Part shown: one piece after another, positions 12,166 to 25,968 of the stretch
How positions within the stretch are numbered: the first letter of the stretch is position 1
How the letters are laid out: each line of letters opens with the position of its first letter
From: Camelus dromedarius
Lineage: Eukaryota
Length of the DNA stretch: 64,000 bases
NCBI RefSeq assembly: GCF_036321535.1
Contig: NC_087472.1
Span: 99,884,001 to 99,948,000 of the forward strand
Direction of reading: 5' to 3'
Notes under the pieces: generated by a model
What the model was told of the DNA's origin: nothing
Database searches by the model: none
The model's input: only the letters and a program-made list of their open reading frames with translations
Program-made: the position numbers and the translations under genes

Positions 12166-13039
12166 CTTTTTTCCTTATAGAAATAAGGAAATTTTAGCAT
12201 CCATTGAACAGGATATCTAATTCATAATGTGCTGGATTGTATTTTAATTGTATTCCATACCTTTCCCCTTAAAATTATGGAAAATGCACTGATGAAATTT
12301 TGATTATGCTCTTAGCTTGCAGAATGGCGTATGGAAAGTTCTTTGGTTTTCTGATTAAATGATGACTAATAAGAAACCGTTTAGGTTTCATGCCTTGTTC
12401 ATGAAAACTACTCTTAACTGTATCAGGCTACTTCCTGAGTAGGAATTATAGCCCACTGACAGTCACTGAGTCTTTCTTTAAGACTCTGTTCACTGCTGAG
12501 AGCAATTTAGGGCTACATTCTTATGAATTCTCATTGCTCAGGTATTTTTCTTATATGTGTTTAAAATGAAAAAAAAAAAAACCTCATGGTGAAAACATTG
12601 GAGCGGTACAGAAGAGCTTAAATAAAGTCCTCATTTTACTCCCCCCTTGTTGTTTTCATTCTCTAGAAATTTGTAATGTAAGTAAAAACAATAAAAATAT
12701 ACAAAAAAATTTTAAAAACCCACAAACTGAACAATATGCAAGGTCTGATCCAGCTGGCTCTTTTCAGTTAATGTATCTTTCTATGTCTGCACCTTATTCT
12801 GTATAATTGGTGCCCTATTTGGGCTTGTTTTAAGCTTTTTTTTTCCTCCTGCAACAAAGCATCCTATTTTATGTGTGTGCCTATCGGATAAATCCTTGCA
12901 GTGGTGTTACTGGGTTAAGAGTCTGTCCTTAGAATTGTCATAGATATTGCTAAATTGCCCTTCCACCAACAGTATATAACCTTGGTTTACTTCTGTCAGG
13001 CATTTGTTTTCTGCCCAGCATAAAATATGGTTTAATAAA

Positions 13040-13330
13040 CTGGAAACATGGTTGAACCTCATCTATGGGAAGGGCCATAATTGGTTAGGAGGAGATCATA
13101 GTCTTCGTAGTGACAATTCTAGGGATTGGTTTCTGGCCTCGGGGGCACCTGGGAGGTTATGTATTTACTGGTTTTCTCCTGGGATTGGCCTGGAACTGGC
13201 TTTGACTTTTGTCAACCATAGAGTAAGAAGTACATGTGTGAAGTTGGGAGACAGTACCCAGGTAGGCAACTTTCCGGTGATGTTTGATGGCGTGTCTCAA
13301 TTAGAATTGAGGTTGTTAGAAATGGACCTT
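13040..13330 (+). mobile_element. L3/CR1 LINE reverse-transcriptase remnant
   Basis: Translation HNWLGG...LTFVNHRVRSTCVKLGDSTQVG...LRLLEM resembles CR1 RT motifs (I.NWL...FNIFINDL...KFADDTKLGG...L.RLE.W), highly decayed. Confidence 0.45.
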
Positions 13331-13669
13331 CGTTACTAAGGAGGTTGCAATATTTAACTTCTCAATGGGTCTCTGAAATAGAAGAGCATGCTATTTTATT
13401 TAGCATTTGGTACAATGTACCAAATGTAACATGTAAATATAATAAATGTAAATGTTGCATGATACAATCATTTCATAATCATTTTCACTCCCCTTACCTT
13501 TTCCATAAAGTCTTTTCTGATGTTTCTCCATTCTCCATCTTCGTCCACTCCATGCTGATTTTTTTTGGTACTGTCCTTTAAAGAAATGGTAATTATTGGT
13601 CAGTACTGCATTTTGGACCTTTTATTGTTTTATTGCCTTATTTTTGACCAGCTATGGCTCCCTAATCAA

Positions 13670-13999
13670 TTTATTTTTAATTTTTAATTTTTTACCATTA
13701 AAAAATTGAAGTATAGTTAATTTACAGTGTTATGTTAGTTTCAGGTATACATAGCAAAGTGATTCAGTTGTGGATATATATCTATATTCTTTTGCAGATT
13801 CTTTTCCATTATGTTTTTACAAGATATTGAATGTAGTTCCCTGTGCTATATAGTAAGTCCTTGTTGTTTATCTATTTTATGTATCATAGTGCATATGTAT
13901 ATGCTATTCCCAAACTCCTAATTTATCTCCTCCCGCCCTGCTCCCGCTTTCTTTCCCCTTTGGTAACCTTAGGTTTGTTTTCCATGTTTGTGAGTCTGT
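13670..13999 (-). mobile_element. Artiodactyl/camelid L1 3'-UTR fragment with TSD
   Basis: Same L1 3' motif; TSD ctccctaatcaa at 13658-13669 and 14000-14011. Confidence 0.88.
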
Positions 14000-14988
14000 C
14001 TCCCTAATCAAATTTGAGCCAGCCCTTGGTTTCTAGTCCTCATCACCCTAGCATGATGTTTGGCACATACATATTTTGATTGGCTACTCAGTTTAGAATT
14101 CTCCTGGTCTTACAAGGTCTCTGGGCTTGGTAAAAGAGGACTGTGCCTGGAAAGCCCCGCCCCTTTTCTGGCCCCCAGAACAGTACTCATTAAGGTCTCT
14201 GTTGCCTCACTCTTCAGGGCCTTGCTTTTGTGCCCAGGGGAGGGCACAGCAAGGTTCCATCTTTTATTGATTTGGTGTTTGAAGCAGTAGAGCCTGGCAG
14301 ACGTTTGAAGATGGTTCCGTGATCCCTGGTGGGTGCAGCAGCTGCCACAGCCGTGGGTAACAGTGTGGGCGCCTGTGTTCTCTGAGAAGTCCGGGGGCTT
14401 TCTGACGGGCACTGCAAGTCTTCACTTATTGCCATCTTGGCCAGAATTTCATGAGTAGGCCTGGGGCGAGCCATCCCGAGGCTGAGATACAGAGAGGAAA
14501 GCAGGGCTGAGGACACTGACTTCTCAGATGTCAGTGAGCCTGAAATCAGGGCAACTCTTGGTCCACACCCCTTTTCCAATACTCTCGCTAATGCTAGGAC
14601 ATGACCAAAGAATTTGGGGCTTGAGGCCTGCGCCCTGAAGGTGGAAGCTGATGTCCGTTTAGGTTTGGCCTCCAACAGGGCTCCTTGCCGAGGATGAAGG
14701 GGCCTCCTCTGCCCGCTCCTCAGCCCCCTAGGGCTTACACCGGGGCCCTGCTGACGTGACTCCCCCAGGAGCTTCCTGACTCGGTCTGGAACCTCAGCAG
14801 AGCATCTTTAAAAAGAACGAAACCAAAGAACTTTATTTATTTTTCTTATTGTTCAAGTAATATATTTTCTTTTATAGCAAATAAAGAGGACTTTTTAGAG
14901 ACAGGCAGTGTGGTCCAAGGAAAATGGCCTTTGGAGCCAAATGATTCTGGGATGGAATGTGGGCTCTGTGACTTTTTCCTTAAGGAAC

Positions 14989-15372
14989 TGTTACGAGCTG
15001 AATTGTGTCTCCCCCAAATTCACATGTTGAAGCCCTAACTACTTGTTTCTCAGAGTGTGATATTTGGAGACAGGGATTTTAAAGGGGTAATTGAGTTAAA
15101 ATGAGGCTAGTCTGACTGATACCCTTTTAAGAAGAGGGGATTAGGGCACAGAGAAACGCCAGAGGTGCACATGCAGAGCAAAGACTATGCGAGACCGTCA
15201 ACATGGCGAGAAGGTGACCATCTGCAAGCCAAGGAGAGAGGCCTCAGATGAAACCAAACCTGCTAACACCTTGATCTTGGACTTCTGGTCTCTGGAATTG
15301 TGAGAAATAATTTCTGTTGTTTAAGCCCCCAACCTGTGGTGTTGGTTACAACGGCTCTGGCAAATGAATATA
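14989..15372 (+). mobile_element. MLT1A/B MaLR solo LTR, inserted in a MIR (~14903-14975 and ~15380-15510)
   Basis: tgttacgagctgaattgtgtctcccccaaattcacatgttgaagccctaac...atctgcaagccaaggagagaggcctcaga...ttgatcttggacttc...ttctgttgtttaagcc. Confidence 0.88.
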
Positions 15373-15848
15373 GGTGCTTTTAGCAAGTTGGCTCCTCCAA
15401 TTTTGCTTCTTCCATCGCTAAAGAGAGGACCACACCACCTACCTTTTGGCGTCTATGTGAGGAACAGACCTCATCCTGGCTTGTGGAAGGTACTCATAAA
15501 TGATGCTGGTGATTTAATAATGCAGTGATAAAAATCACTACCCTGTCCCCCACCCAGGTTTTCTGGCCTCAACCTAATTTGAGGATTTTTTCTCTTTTTT
15601 TCTTTGCACTTTCCTTTTAAGTCCTTTTCAAACAGGATTGCAAAGAACTCCTGGGATCAGAGGAGGTGGTACTTCATGGCTTTAGCAAGCAATGAAATAT
15701 TTTCTTCTGAGTAATCCTTTTCAGCTTTTAATCTCCTAACATACTGGGGTTCCAGGTACAGTTTGATTTAGGACAAGGATTCTGCTACTAAAATTGATTG
15801 GAAGCGACTTTCGGTGTGCTGTAGATACTTCCTGTACCTAACATCCAC

Positions 15849-16291
15849 TGTACTAGTTTGCTAGGGCTGCCGTAACAAGTACCACCAGCTGGGGTACTTA
15901 AAGGACAGGGCTTTATTGTCTCACAGCTCTGGAGCCTGGGAGTCCGAGGTCATGGTATGAGCAGGGTTGATTCCACAGACCTGAGCTGTGAGGAGGAATC
16001 TGTCCCAGGCCTCTCTCCTAGCTTCCAGGGGTTGGCTGGCCATCTGTGATGTTCCTTGGCTTGTAGATACATCACCTTGACCTCTGCTTTCATCTTTGCA
16101 TGGAGTTCTCTCTGTGTGCATGTCTCCGTGTCCAAATTTCTCCTTTTCATGAAGACATCAGTCATATTGGACCAAAGCCCACTCAGATGACCTCGTCATA
16201 ACTTGCTCCCCTGCAGAGACCCTATTGCCAAATAAGATATTGTGGATTAGGATTCTAACAGCTTTGGAGGTACACAATTCAAGCCATAACA
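15849..16291 (-). mobile_element. MLT1B/C MaLR solo LTR
   Basis: tgtactagtttgctagggctgccgtaacaa...ttattgtctcacagctctggag...cacaattcaagccataaca. Confidence 0.88.
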
Positions 16292-17219
16292 CCAATTTAT
16301 ATTGGAATCCAGTTTGCCATCTGTATAGCTCGGCCAGCAGCTGGCAGCTTCCCGGGAGAAGTGCCCTCGCCTGGTCTGCAGCTTCCGTTCATCGTGCAGG
16401 TTTTAGCTCAGAAGTCACCTCCTCAAAGATGCCTCCTGTGGCTCCTCTCAATGTAGATTGATTGAATGAATGAAATAGATTACGGAGTAAGATTGAAATG
16501 TGACTGAGAATTATGCCGATATTTTGCCCTTAAAAGCGTGAGAGAGCTTCCCTCTACGCTGCATGAATGTTACTTGTAGCTTCTTGTGTATCTTGGCTGT
16601 GTCACCACTACAGATGCTATTTAAGTATCATTTTGTGCCTGTGAATTGAGATGTCGGGCACCTCCCAAATGTCATGATGTTTCCTGTTCTGTGTGCAGTG
16701 CATGCCAAGAGGACTCAATCTGTTGGATTTTGATTTTTTTTTTTGCAGTGAATCACAACTTGATTATGATTTTACAGTCATTCACAGAGAAAAACTGGCT
16801 AGAACTCTTGTCTGAAGGACATCCCAAGTCTAGAAAGCCTGCAAGTTGAGTAAGGGAAGCATTTACAGATTCCAGTTAATTGGTTAGTGTTTATTGAATA
16901 TATGCTCTGTTTATCAAACCCTTGCTAGGGACTTTTCAGGCAGTTGGTGCTACAGGCAATAGTTAGAGCCTCCAGCACCTCACAATTCACATCAGACTGT
17001 TGAAAAATACACAGTAATACTTGCAAAGTTGCGTGAGGATGTATAGTCTAGAAATGAAGAAGAAAAGAGTGCTCCCTGTGGGCCAGAGGGTCAAGAAGGG
17101 CTTTGTAGAGGAACTTAGCTTAAGCTTGGGCTGTACCTGGAGCAGTTAGAGATCCAAGAAGAAGAGGGAGGGTACTAGCCCAGGATAATTAGAACAAACC
17201 ATGAAGGTACGTAATAGTC

Positions 17220-18565
17220 CCAGTGTATATTGAGCAACCTTGTATTAATAAAATTAATCTCATTCACAGCATAGGTACTATATGGTTTATAATAGGAAAA
17301 TATTGGGAACAACCAAACTGCCTGTCGACTTGGGAAGAATAAATTATAGTATATCTGCATATGCTATGGAATACTCTATAGCCAGAAAAAAGAATGAGAA
17401 CACTTTTTACTGATATGGGAGAACCTCCCAAATATATTGTTCAGTGAGAAAAGCAAGGTTCAAGATAGTGTGGATCGTACACTAACACGATATTTGCTTA
17501 AAGGAACTGGAAGGTGCCCAAGAAACTAATAACGTGAGGAGTGGTAGTGTTAAACTGGGGTAATAGGGGCTGGATTGTATGTGTGTGTGTTTATTTTTGA
17601 GATTTGAACAATAGAAATGTATCTGTTCAGACAGGTAAAAATAAAGATAGGTATGCTGACAGCCATATTTGCTCACACTCTTGCTTCTCTGAAATTGCTT
17701 GAAATGTCTCAGGGGCTTTGCCTTGCTGGGACAGAATGAATGAATATTGCTGTCTGCACTAGACATCTAAGGAATAAGCGCTTGCATTTGCCCATAGAAG
17801 GAAATTCTCTTAACCAGGTTTTCACTTTTATTGGTTAGCACTAGAAATGTTTCAAACGTGCACTGAAGTAGAGGGACTAGTATAAGGAACCCTTTTGTAC
17901 CCATCATCCAGTTCCAGCAATTACCAACTGCCGGCCAATCTTGTTTCACTGCTTCTCCCACCTCCTTAATCTCCCTCTCCACCCCAACCTTGATTCTTTT
18001 GAAGGCAATGTGTTTCTGATTGTTTTATTTAGAAGTATTACTTGGACCTCCTGGGCCCCACCATGACCGCAGACATGCAGAGAAAATTGGATGCTTGAGG
18101 TGGAAAAAACTTTCTTTAACTGAACTTGACCCATCTCATTAGGTGTAATTTTTTTAAATTACAGTAAAATACACATAACCTGAAATTCACCACGTAAACC
18201 ATTTTAAGGGTACAGTTCAGTAGTGTTAAGCATGTTCACGTTGCTGTGCAGCTGATTTCCAGAACTCTTTCATCTGGCAAAACTGAAACTCTACAGCCAT
18301 TAAAGAATAACTCCCCATTCCCCCTCCTTCCCTGAATACCGCCATTCTGTTTTCTGCCTCTGTGGAGCTGACTACACGAGGTACCTCATATAAGTGGAAT
18401 CATACAGTGTTTGTACTTTGTAGCTGGCTTATTTCACTTAGTATAATGCCTTCAGAGTTGATCTATACTGGCGCATGTGTCAGAATTTCCTTCTTGTTTA
18501 AGGGTAAAGAACATATTATTGTAGGGATGGACTGCATTTTTGTTTATCCATTCATCTGTCAGTGA
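17220..18565. mobile_element. Cluster of old L1M fragments (plus ~17220-17620; minus ~17815-18010; L1MB minus ~18148-18565)
   Basis: ctatggaatactctatagcc..aaaaagaatgag; cccatcatccagttccagcaattaccaac; gtacctcatataagtggaatcatacagt...ctggcttatttcacttagtataatg. Confidence 0.7.
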
Positions 18566-20039
18566 ACTCTGAGGTCAACTTTTCTCTTTGCCCCTTTTAG
18601 AATATGGGGCTTTGTGGCTCATAATAATTTCCTGCCATAGCCCATCAGAATGTAGCAGCCCTAGTTAAGAGGGTAATCTGAGCAGTTAGTAATTTTTTTT
18701 GCCAGTGTCTTGTCTTGCAAAGACCAGCAAACCTTCCTTTCTGCTCTTGTGACTGAAAGCATCTTCCTTTGCCCAGTACCTTGCCCTGTGCTTGTTGGTG
18801 GTTGAGTGCTCGGAAAATGTTTTTTATAGAATGAACCTTGCTTTGGACCAGGCACATACCGTATCTGTGTTATCAGGGAGTTCAACCAGATGAATTCTAA
18901 GGCTCCTTTTGGAATCGGAGCCTGTTTGAGTCCATGATTAAATCTCATGATGTAAACGTCAACTCTGGAAGACCGGAGAGTGGTGGGTGGGCGACAGGGA
19001 TTTTTGGGTAGATATGGTTTCAGTACCCCTCAAACTATACCCCAGAGGCAGTCACCTACAAACAGAACCACCCCAGGATATAGTATTTCTTAAAATAACA
19101 TTTTGGATTTGAGATTTCCTCTTTGTGCGGTGGTAACATTCTTTGAATAACAAAAAGCCACCAGCTAAACAGTTATTTTAAGTTTAGCTTAATTGTGTAC
19201 CACGTTTCCTAGATATTCATGGATAGAAAACAAACCTACTCTTAACATCAGCATCTTTACAAAGGATCTCATAGTAAGTTGTAGTGATAATTTTATCAGG
19301 AGGAGAAGTCAAGGTAGTAGCAGCTGAGGAAAATGAAGATTCCAGAATTAGAAATCAAAAAGCTGGTAAGAACCTATGGAGGGAGATGTGATTTGAGTAT
19401 TGAATCTTGTTGATTTTCTGAACTGTGTGCTAGTTTCTGCATTTTTGTTTTAAGCCTGGTTTCCAAAAGTCTCTTGCTGGCAACCAGATGGTCGTCAGAT
19501 AATTGATATATGTTCATTTTAAGCCCATTTGGGGAACAGTGGCCTGGATTTTCCAGTAGAAAGATTTAGTAATTCTATTGGTCTTTGAATGCCAGTACGA
19601 TTTTTTTTAGAAGTTGAGTTCTCTCATGTCTTGGAAGTAACCCCTGGAAAATTGGAACCAGCAAATTGATTGCATGATGTACTTGGGATAGAAAGTTAAG
19701 GATAGGGAGACAGTTTATTTCAGTTACAAATGTCCAGCCTTAGAAGTGGTTAAATTTGTAAAATTAGATGAGAATTATTTTTAGTGTTTATAGTTTTGTT
19801 TCCCATTTGTTTTCTGAGACTTGAGTTCATGAATACAAATAGATGTTTAAGTATACTCATCTGATTTTATTCCCCATTTTCAGAGAGTTGTTCAAAATTC
19901 TAGGGTCTGCTATTCTATCGTCTTACTGAATGCTTTTCAAAGAAAAAGATTCTTTGTAAAAAGTGGGGTTTGCAGTGAGAAAAGGGGTGGTGAGGCAAGA
20001 CCCTTAACTTATTTACATCTTCAGATTCTGGGAATGCGG

Positions 20040-20530
20040 TAAATTATACATAGCATAAAGTTTACCATTTTCATCATTTTAAGAGTACAGTTCTGTGGCA
20101 TTAAGTGCATTAACGTTGTTGTGCAACCCTCACCACCAAACCTTTTTCATCTTCCCGAACGGAAACTCTACCTATTAAACACAAACACCCTCCTTCCCCT
20201 CCCCTCCAGTTATTATTATTTTAAAATTCTTTCATTTTTTAAGAAGTACTGTGTGATTATTTTAAAAATCGACCTGGTCATTTAAAAACACTTAAAAATA
20301 ATTTTTGAGGCATACTTTACATAGCATTTAATTCACTCATTTCAAGTGTGCATTTCGATGATTTTTAGTAAATGTACACAGTTGTGCAACCACCATTGTA
20401 AAATGCTTTAGAATATTGTCATCACCCCAACAAGACCCTTCATGCCCACTCGTAGTTCTCTTTCCCACCCTCTGCCCTAATGCACACTGTCTCTCTATAA
20501 TGCTGCTTTTTCTGAATGTTTCATATAGAG
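20040..20530 (-). mobile_element. Two L1MB/MC 3' fragments (~20040-20210, ~20300-20530)
   Basis: gtacagttctgtggcattaagtgcattaacgttgttgtgcaacc; tttttagtaaatgtacacagttgtgcaaccaccat. Confidence 0.7.
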
Positions 20531-20587
20531 TTTTATTTAAAACTTAAAAAATACATTTTTTCTTGATTGTAACATGTGTAAAAATAC

Positions 20588-20902
20588 AATCCCATCGCCT
20601 GGGAGCTCATTAGAAATGCAGAATTTCAGGCTCCACCTTAGACCTAGTGTATCAGAATCTGCATTTTTTTTAAAACTTGAAGTACAGTCAGTTACAATGT
20701 GTCAATTTCTGGTGTACAACACACTGTCACAGTCATGTATATACATACATGTATTCATTTTCATATTCTTTTTCATTAAAGTTTATTACAATATATTGAA
20801 TATAGTTCCCTGTGCTATACAGAAGAAATTTGCTTTTCAGAATCTGCATTTTAACAAGATCTCTGGGGGATTCTTAGGCATATTAGATTTATAGAAGCAC
20901 TG
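20588..20902. mobile_element. MER5-type hAT MITE interrupted by an antisense L1 3' fragment (20668-20836)
   Basis: cctgggagctcattagaaatgcagaatttcaggctccacc..cagaatctgcattttaacaagatc; perfect 16-bp TSD tcagaatctgcatttt at 20652-20667 and 20837-20852. Confidence 0.88.
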
Positions 20903-22078
20903 AAATGTTGTATTTACATATTATATTGATCCTTTGTCCCCTTACTATATTATGAGTATTTCCCCAAATCATTAAATCTCTTCTGAGAACATTTAAGATT
21001 CCATTGTAAGAATATCCCACAATCTATTTAACCAGTCATTTCAGGGCAGGCACCAGGCTTCCCATCTTTTTTGCCAGTGAAAATAAAACTATGGTGGCCA
21101 TCTGCGTGTGTAAATCTTTGCATAGTTTCATATCCACTATGCTGGTAATTCCATTTCTAGGAATTTATCCTAAGGCAATAATTATAAATATACTGCTACA
21201 AATTAGAAAGTGTATATAAATGCTGATCAGTGTAGTTGGTCATTTAATGTACCGTTTTCCTGGAAACTGGACCTCAAGCCAAGCCAATAAACGGAAATCT
21301 CGACCCCAATGTGTGATGTTAAGAGCGTCTTGCTAACTCTCACCTCCATCTTCCTGAACATTAGCTTCACTGTTGAATGAGATAATGAATGAAAATGGCA
21401 CCATAAGGTGAAGTACAGGTTGTTACTAAGCAGCAGTGAAATAGAAAGTGGCAAAAAAAAACGGGACCTGTGAGTACTAACTTCTTTTCTGTTAGAATCC
21501 TATCCTCCCTCACCTCCCAACCTCCGTTGGTAAGTTCTCCCCTTACAAGCAGCCCTACACGTTCCTCCTAAAAGCCCCTGCTGCCTAGATGGTGTATGGC
21601 TCACTGCTCCTCATAGGTGGGAAGGTTATGGTCATGGGAGTGACAATCTCTTCCTCAGAACACACTGGGCTTCCGATTCAGTTTTCCCACTTGTCACAAG
21701 AATCATAGTCTCTTAAACATTTCCTAGTGTCCCCAGGTCCTGGGTACTTGGGAAGTAAGTAAGGAGATCGGGCTTTGTGTATCTACCTCTTACCTACCCT
21801 GTTGCCAGGGTCATTAGGCTGAGGAGTAATTGGATGCTTCTAAGAGGGAGAGTCAGAATTTTCCCATTTCCTTTTCTGTGCTGCCATGTTCTTTGAGCTT
21901 TCCACTGCTTTAATATTTCCTGACAGGAACCAGTTCTCTTTTCCTGGTGGGTAGGGAGCAGAGAGGAGGACGTCATGGAAGTGCTCATTCCTGAAACTTC
22001 AGATCCAGCTCACTGCTTCTGAGGGTCCTGGACCTCCTATAACCTTGCAGTGTAGGCAACATTTTTTGTTCCTCTGGA

Positions 22079-22260
22079 CAGTGGTGCTCACACCAGGGCA
22101 TGTATCAGCACCTCTGGGAGGGGTTGCTAGAACATAGGCTGCTGGGCCCCATTGCCATGGCTTCTGGTTTAGTAGGTCTGGAGTGAGGCCAGAGAATCTG
22201 CATTTCTGACAGATTCCCGGGGGATGCTGCTGGTTTGGAATTCCATCTCCTGAGCCACTG
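22079..22260. mobile_element. MER5A hAT MITE
   Basis: Termini cagtggtgctca...tgagccactg form an inverted repeat; internal agtaggtctggagtgaggccagagaatctgcatttctgaca. Confidence 0.85.
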
Positions 22261-25200
22261 CTCGGGACCTCCTTCCCTCCCCTGCAGTCATTCCCCAGTA
22301 GGTGAAGCAAGGCCCTGGAGGACTGGTGTGTTCAGGCTTCTGCGGTCAGGGGTCGTGCCCACATCTCCAGATGCAGCCAGTGACGTGCCATGGTGTGGGC
22401 TTGTTCCCTTGGTTGAGTGTGGACGTTAGCTAATGAGTGAGACTTGAGACAGGCCCTTCTGAGTATAAGGAGCAGCAGCTCATTCAAGTACTTCACATCG
22501 CTGGGCTGGGATTATTGAGTCATTTAGGGAAATAGGGGACTTGGGATAAGAACAGGAGCCCAGGCCCTTAGGGCCCCGTGGGAACTTGATCCAGAAAGCC
22601 CACAGGCACGGGCCCTCGAGGGCCTTGGCCTGCTGTGCGCCCTCGTCTTCGCATTAGCTCCTGGCTGAGCTGAACACTGTAGCCTTTTAGCCCCGGCTCT
22701 TTCTCTAGACTGCCTCTCTGCCACATGGGATGTTCCCCCTTGGCTGGGGCAGGGAGGCTTCTACTGGAAGGGCCCTGAAGGCAGCAGGCTCTTTCCCCAC
22801 ACAGCCTCGGTCCTCAGTGGAAAAGGGAGCGGGCCCTGGGGCCTGGAGTTGCGTTGCCATCTGGAGGCCTCGAGGGCTTAGCTTTTCCATTTACCTCGAA
22901 AGGCTTGAGGGCAATTGATGGGAGTTGGAGACGATTAGGGGAGACGGAGGGAATCTTGAGTCACTTTTGTCTTGACTACTCAGTCGTTTCTCAGTGTGTC
23001 TTTGTAGTCTTGCCAGTGGCTGTGTGCTGTTTCAGTGTTTCAGATTCAGGTGGCAGGTGGTTGGCGGTTTGGTATAAATCAGAGGTACGTTAAAATAGTC
23101 AAGATGGCGAGGGCTCCTGTGAAAACTGAGAGGAATTGGCTTAAAGGGCCAGGCTGTCAAACTAGATTAACACTTCATTCTATTGCCTGTCAGCCCAGGG
23201 CCCTCATTGCCTAGTGGACACCTCATCCCCCAACCTCCCCTCATTCTTTCTGGGAGTTTGCTCCAGGGAGTTGCATCTGTGAGGCAGTTTCCCTCATCCC
23301 CCAGCATCTTCTTGCTGGACCACCTGAGCAAGGATCTCCAGGCTCAGGTCAGAAAACAGTCCTGTATCAGATTCTCTCCAACAGCGTGGGAGTGATTCCA
23401 GCTCCCCCCAGGGAGTGTAGCCATTTACAATTGTATGGTATTTTGAGAGTTCTGATTCGAGGTCTTTTTGAAGAAAGTATCTTCTGAAGTCTTTATTTTC
23501 CATAAACTGATGGAAACAGCTACATCAGTCCTTTCTGGGGGGATGAATTCTTGGCACACTCTATTGTCTTTTGGGTTCATCATGTTCCTGCTAAATATCA
23601 GCTGAGCTCCCTGTGGACACCGGGGGAGAAGGACACCATCTTACCTTTGCCAGTGTGCGAGGGGGAAATTAGGCTGTGGTGCTTGAGAGTGAAATCATTA
23701 AATATCAATGGGGGATAATAAATGTGAAGTAGCTTGCAAATCTTTTGATATTATAGCTGTTTCAGTGAAAACACAGCTGCTATGATAGCTTCCTAGCTGT
23801 AATTGAGAAGGTAATTTTCTTTAAGGCCATATAAGGCCGATCTCTAGTGCCTTTGGGTCACTAAGAAGCACGAATTGGGGTGAGCGGGTCTCTGAAAATG
23901 GTGAATAAACATGGAGCAGAGGTGCCTAGAACACAGGATGGTACCATCGAGGGCCCAGGTATTCCCAGTAGACCAAGGATTCGTTTATTGTATGGCTTAT
24001 TAATGGACTGGAATCAACACTTGACTAATAACAGCTAATTCTTCCATTTGGAGTTAATTACACTGAATTTCTCCCAGTAGTGAATGATTTCAAGAAAGCA
24101 GGCATGTCAGTTTAAGATATAGTGCTAATATTTCGTGAGAAGCATTGAACAAGGCATGATGTTTAAATGACTCGTTGAAAATGTGAGGTAAAACTTTCCC
24201 CAAAGGCTTATAGGCTGAATAAGAGCAGCTAATTGGGAGATAATCAAGCCCACCCAATACTTAAATTGTTTAGAAGCCAAGTGAGTGTGAAAGAAAAGAA
24301 ACTCTTCTCTGGTTCTGTGACGTTGTCCCTTTCCTGGCATATGGTGGAGCTTCTGCCAGTTGGTGTGGTGCTTTACCTCCGCCAGGCTGACAGGAATAGA
24401 GGGTGCGTTGCTGGGCATTGACTTAAGTCTTTCTGGGGGGCACTTGTGAAGACCTGTAGAGAGAATTGCCTCAAATCAGGGGGGATCACTTCTACCCTCG
24501 AGTCTGATAAAATCCCCTAAAGTCAGGCCTCTGATGGAATTTCCACAGACTGTGCTCTGGCGACTGGTGACAAATTCTTTGTGAGAATTCTGTGTGACAC
24601 CATGAGACTGCAAAGGTTTCGGGGAGGGGAACGGGGGAGTGCTGTTCAGCTGTTAGCTCCACCACCCCCACCCTCAGAGGCCCGGATGGAGCAGCTCTCA
24701 GACAGCCTCTTGGCAGGTCTGGTATGTTTTGAGGTCTAGCTTTGTAAATTGGGATGGGCCTTGCAGTTAATCCTTTTATCTAATCAAAACCTTTCCGATT
24801 TCTCTAGAAGTTAAGAATACAGTTTTTAAAATGTGAAAGTGAAGATTCATGTTTCTGTGTTGTCATAAATTCTCCAAGTTTACTGGGGAAAGCAGCGTGA
24901 ACTCGTAATTCCCCGGGTTTAAAAGTTAACCAAGTTAGCAGCATCTCTGCAGATTACCAAAAGGATATACATGGAAATTTATTTTCACTTTACTCAAATG
25001 GTTGTCTATAAAAGTTAAGACATAAAAACCGAAGTACACACTACAGAGGAGGAAATCAGCTACTTTTATAAAATTTTATTTATAGCAGAAAATAGGGAAA
25101 ATATAAAATCAGGGTCAAATGCTTAAAAAAGACAATAATAAAAAAAAAAAAAGACCCTACAGTTAGGACTGTGGGGAGGTTTTTTTTTGAGCCGTGAGGA

Positions 25201-25824
25201 CCATTTGACTTTGGTGGCAGTGAAGTCACTGATTTCCCAGGATTCTGCCTCTTCAAGTCGTGTAGCATCTGTGAATGCTGACGAACAGCTGCTAACTCCA
25301 TTTTCTGCAGAAGGGTAGCACTGGGTGACAGGGTGTTCTCAGGACATGAGCCGCTCCCCAAAGCTACATGCCTTTCACACGGCAGTGCTGTCAGCTGGGG
25401 CCTGGGGAGGAAACGCCGGTCCAGACCCTCCCTGGCTATTCATTTAGCTGTTCAGAAAATGATGGTTCGCCTAGACGTGTGTGCGCAAGGCTGAGAATTG
25501 CTTGCTGAAATTTGCATTTGAGTTCAGAGATAGGAGCTGGCATCTGTGAAGGCAGCAGGCAAGAGAAGACTGGTGAATGTGGATGACTCAGATATGCACG
25601 TGAACCTGTGGCTTTACATTTACCGAAAAGAAAAATACATTTTCTGCTCAATTTGAATAATTGGAAATGAGGTACAACTCCAAAGAGCGAGCTGTGATCT
25701 AGGACAAAGGAGCCCCAGGAATGAGTGACGGCTTGGTGAGCTGGAGGTGGAGAGAGGCATGAAACACAGCTATTAAGGTTACCTTCAGTCAGATCGCCTC
25801 TGGGACCTGAGGGGTCTCTTCTTT

Positions 25825-25968
25825 GGGTGTCTCTGCTGTCTATGTGTCTGTCTCTGTGTGTGTGTCTGTATTTCTCTCTGTACATGTCTGTGTCTGTATG
25901 TCTGTGTCTCTGTGTATATGTGTCCATTTCTCTGTGTCTGTGCGTCTGAGTGTGGGTCTCTGTCTCTC
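25825..25968. repeat. Degenerate (TG/TC)n low-complexity repeat
   Basis: tgtctctg/tgtgtctg units; explains the HTQRHR-rich minus-strand ORFs. Confidence 0.85.
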
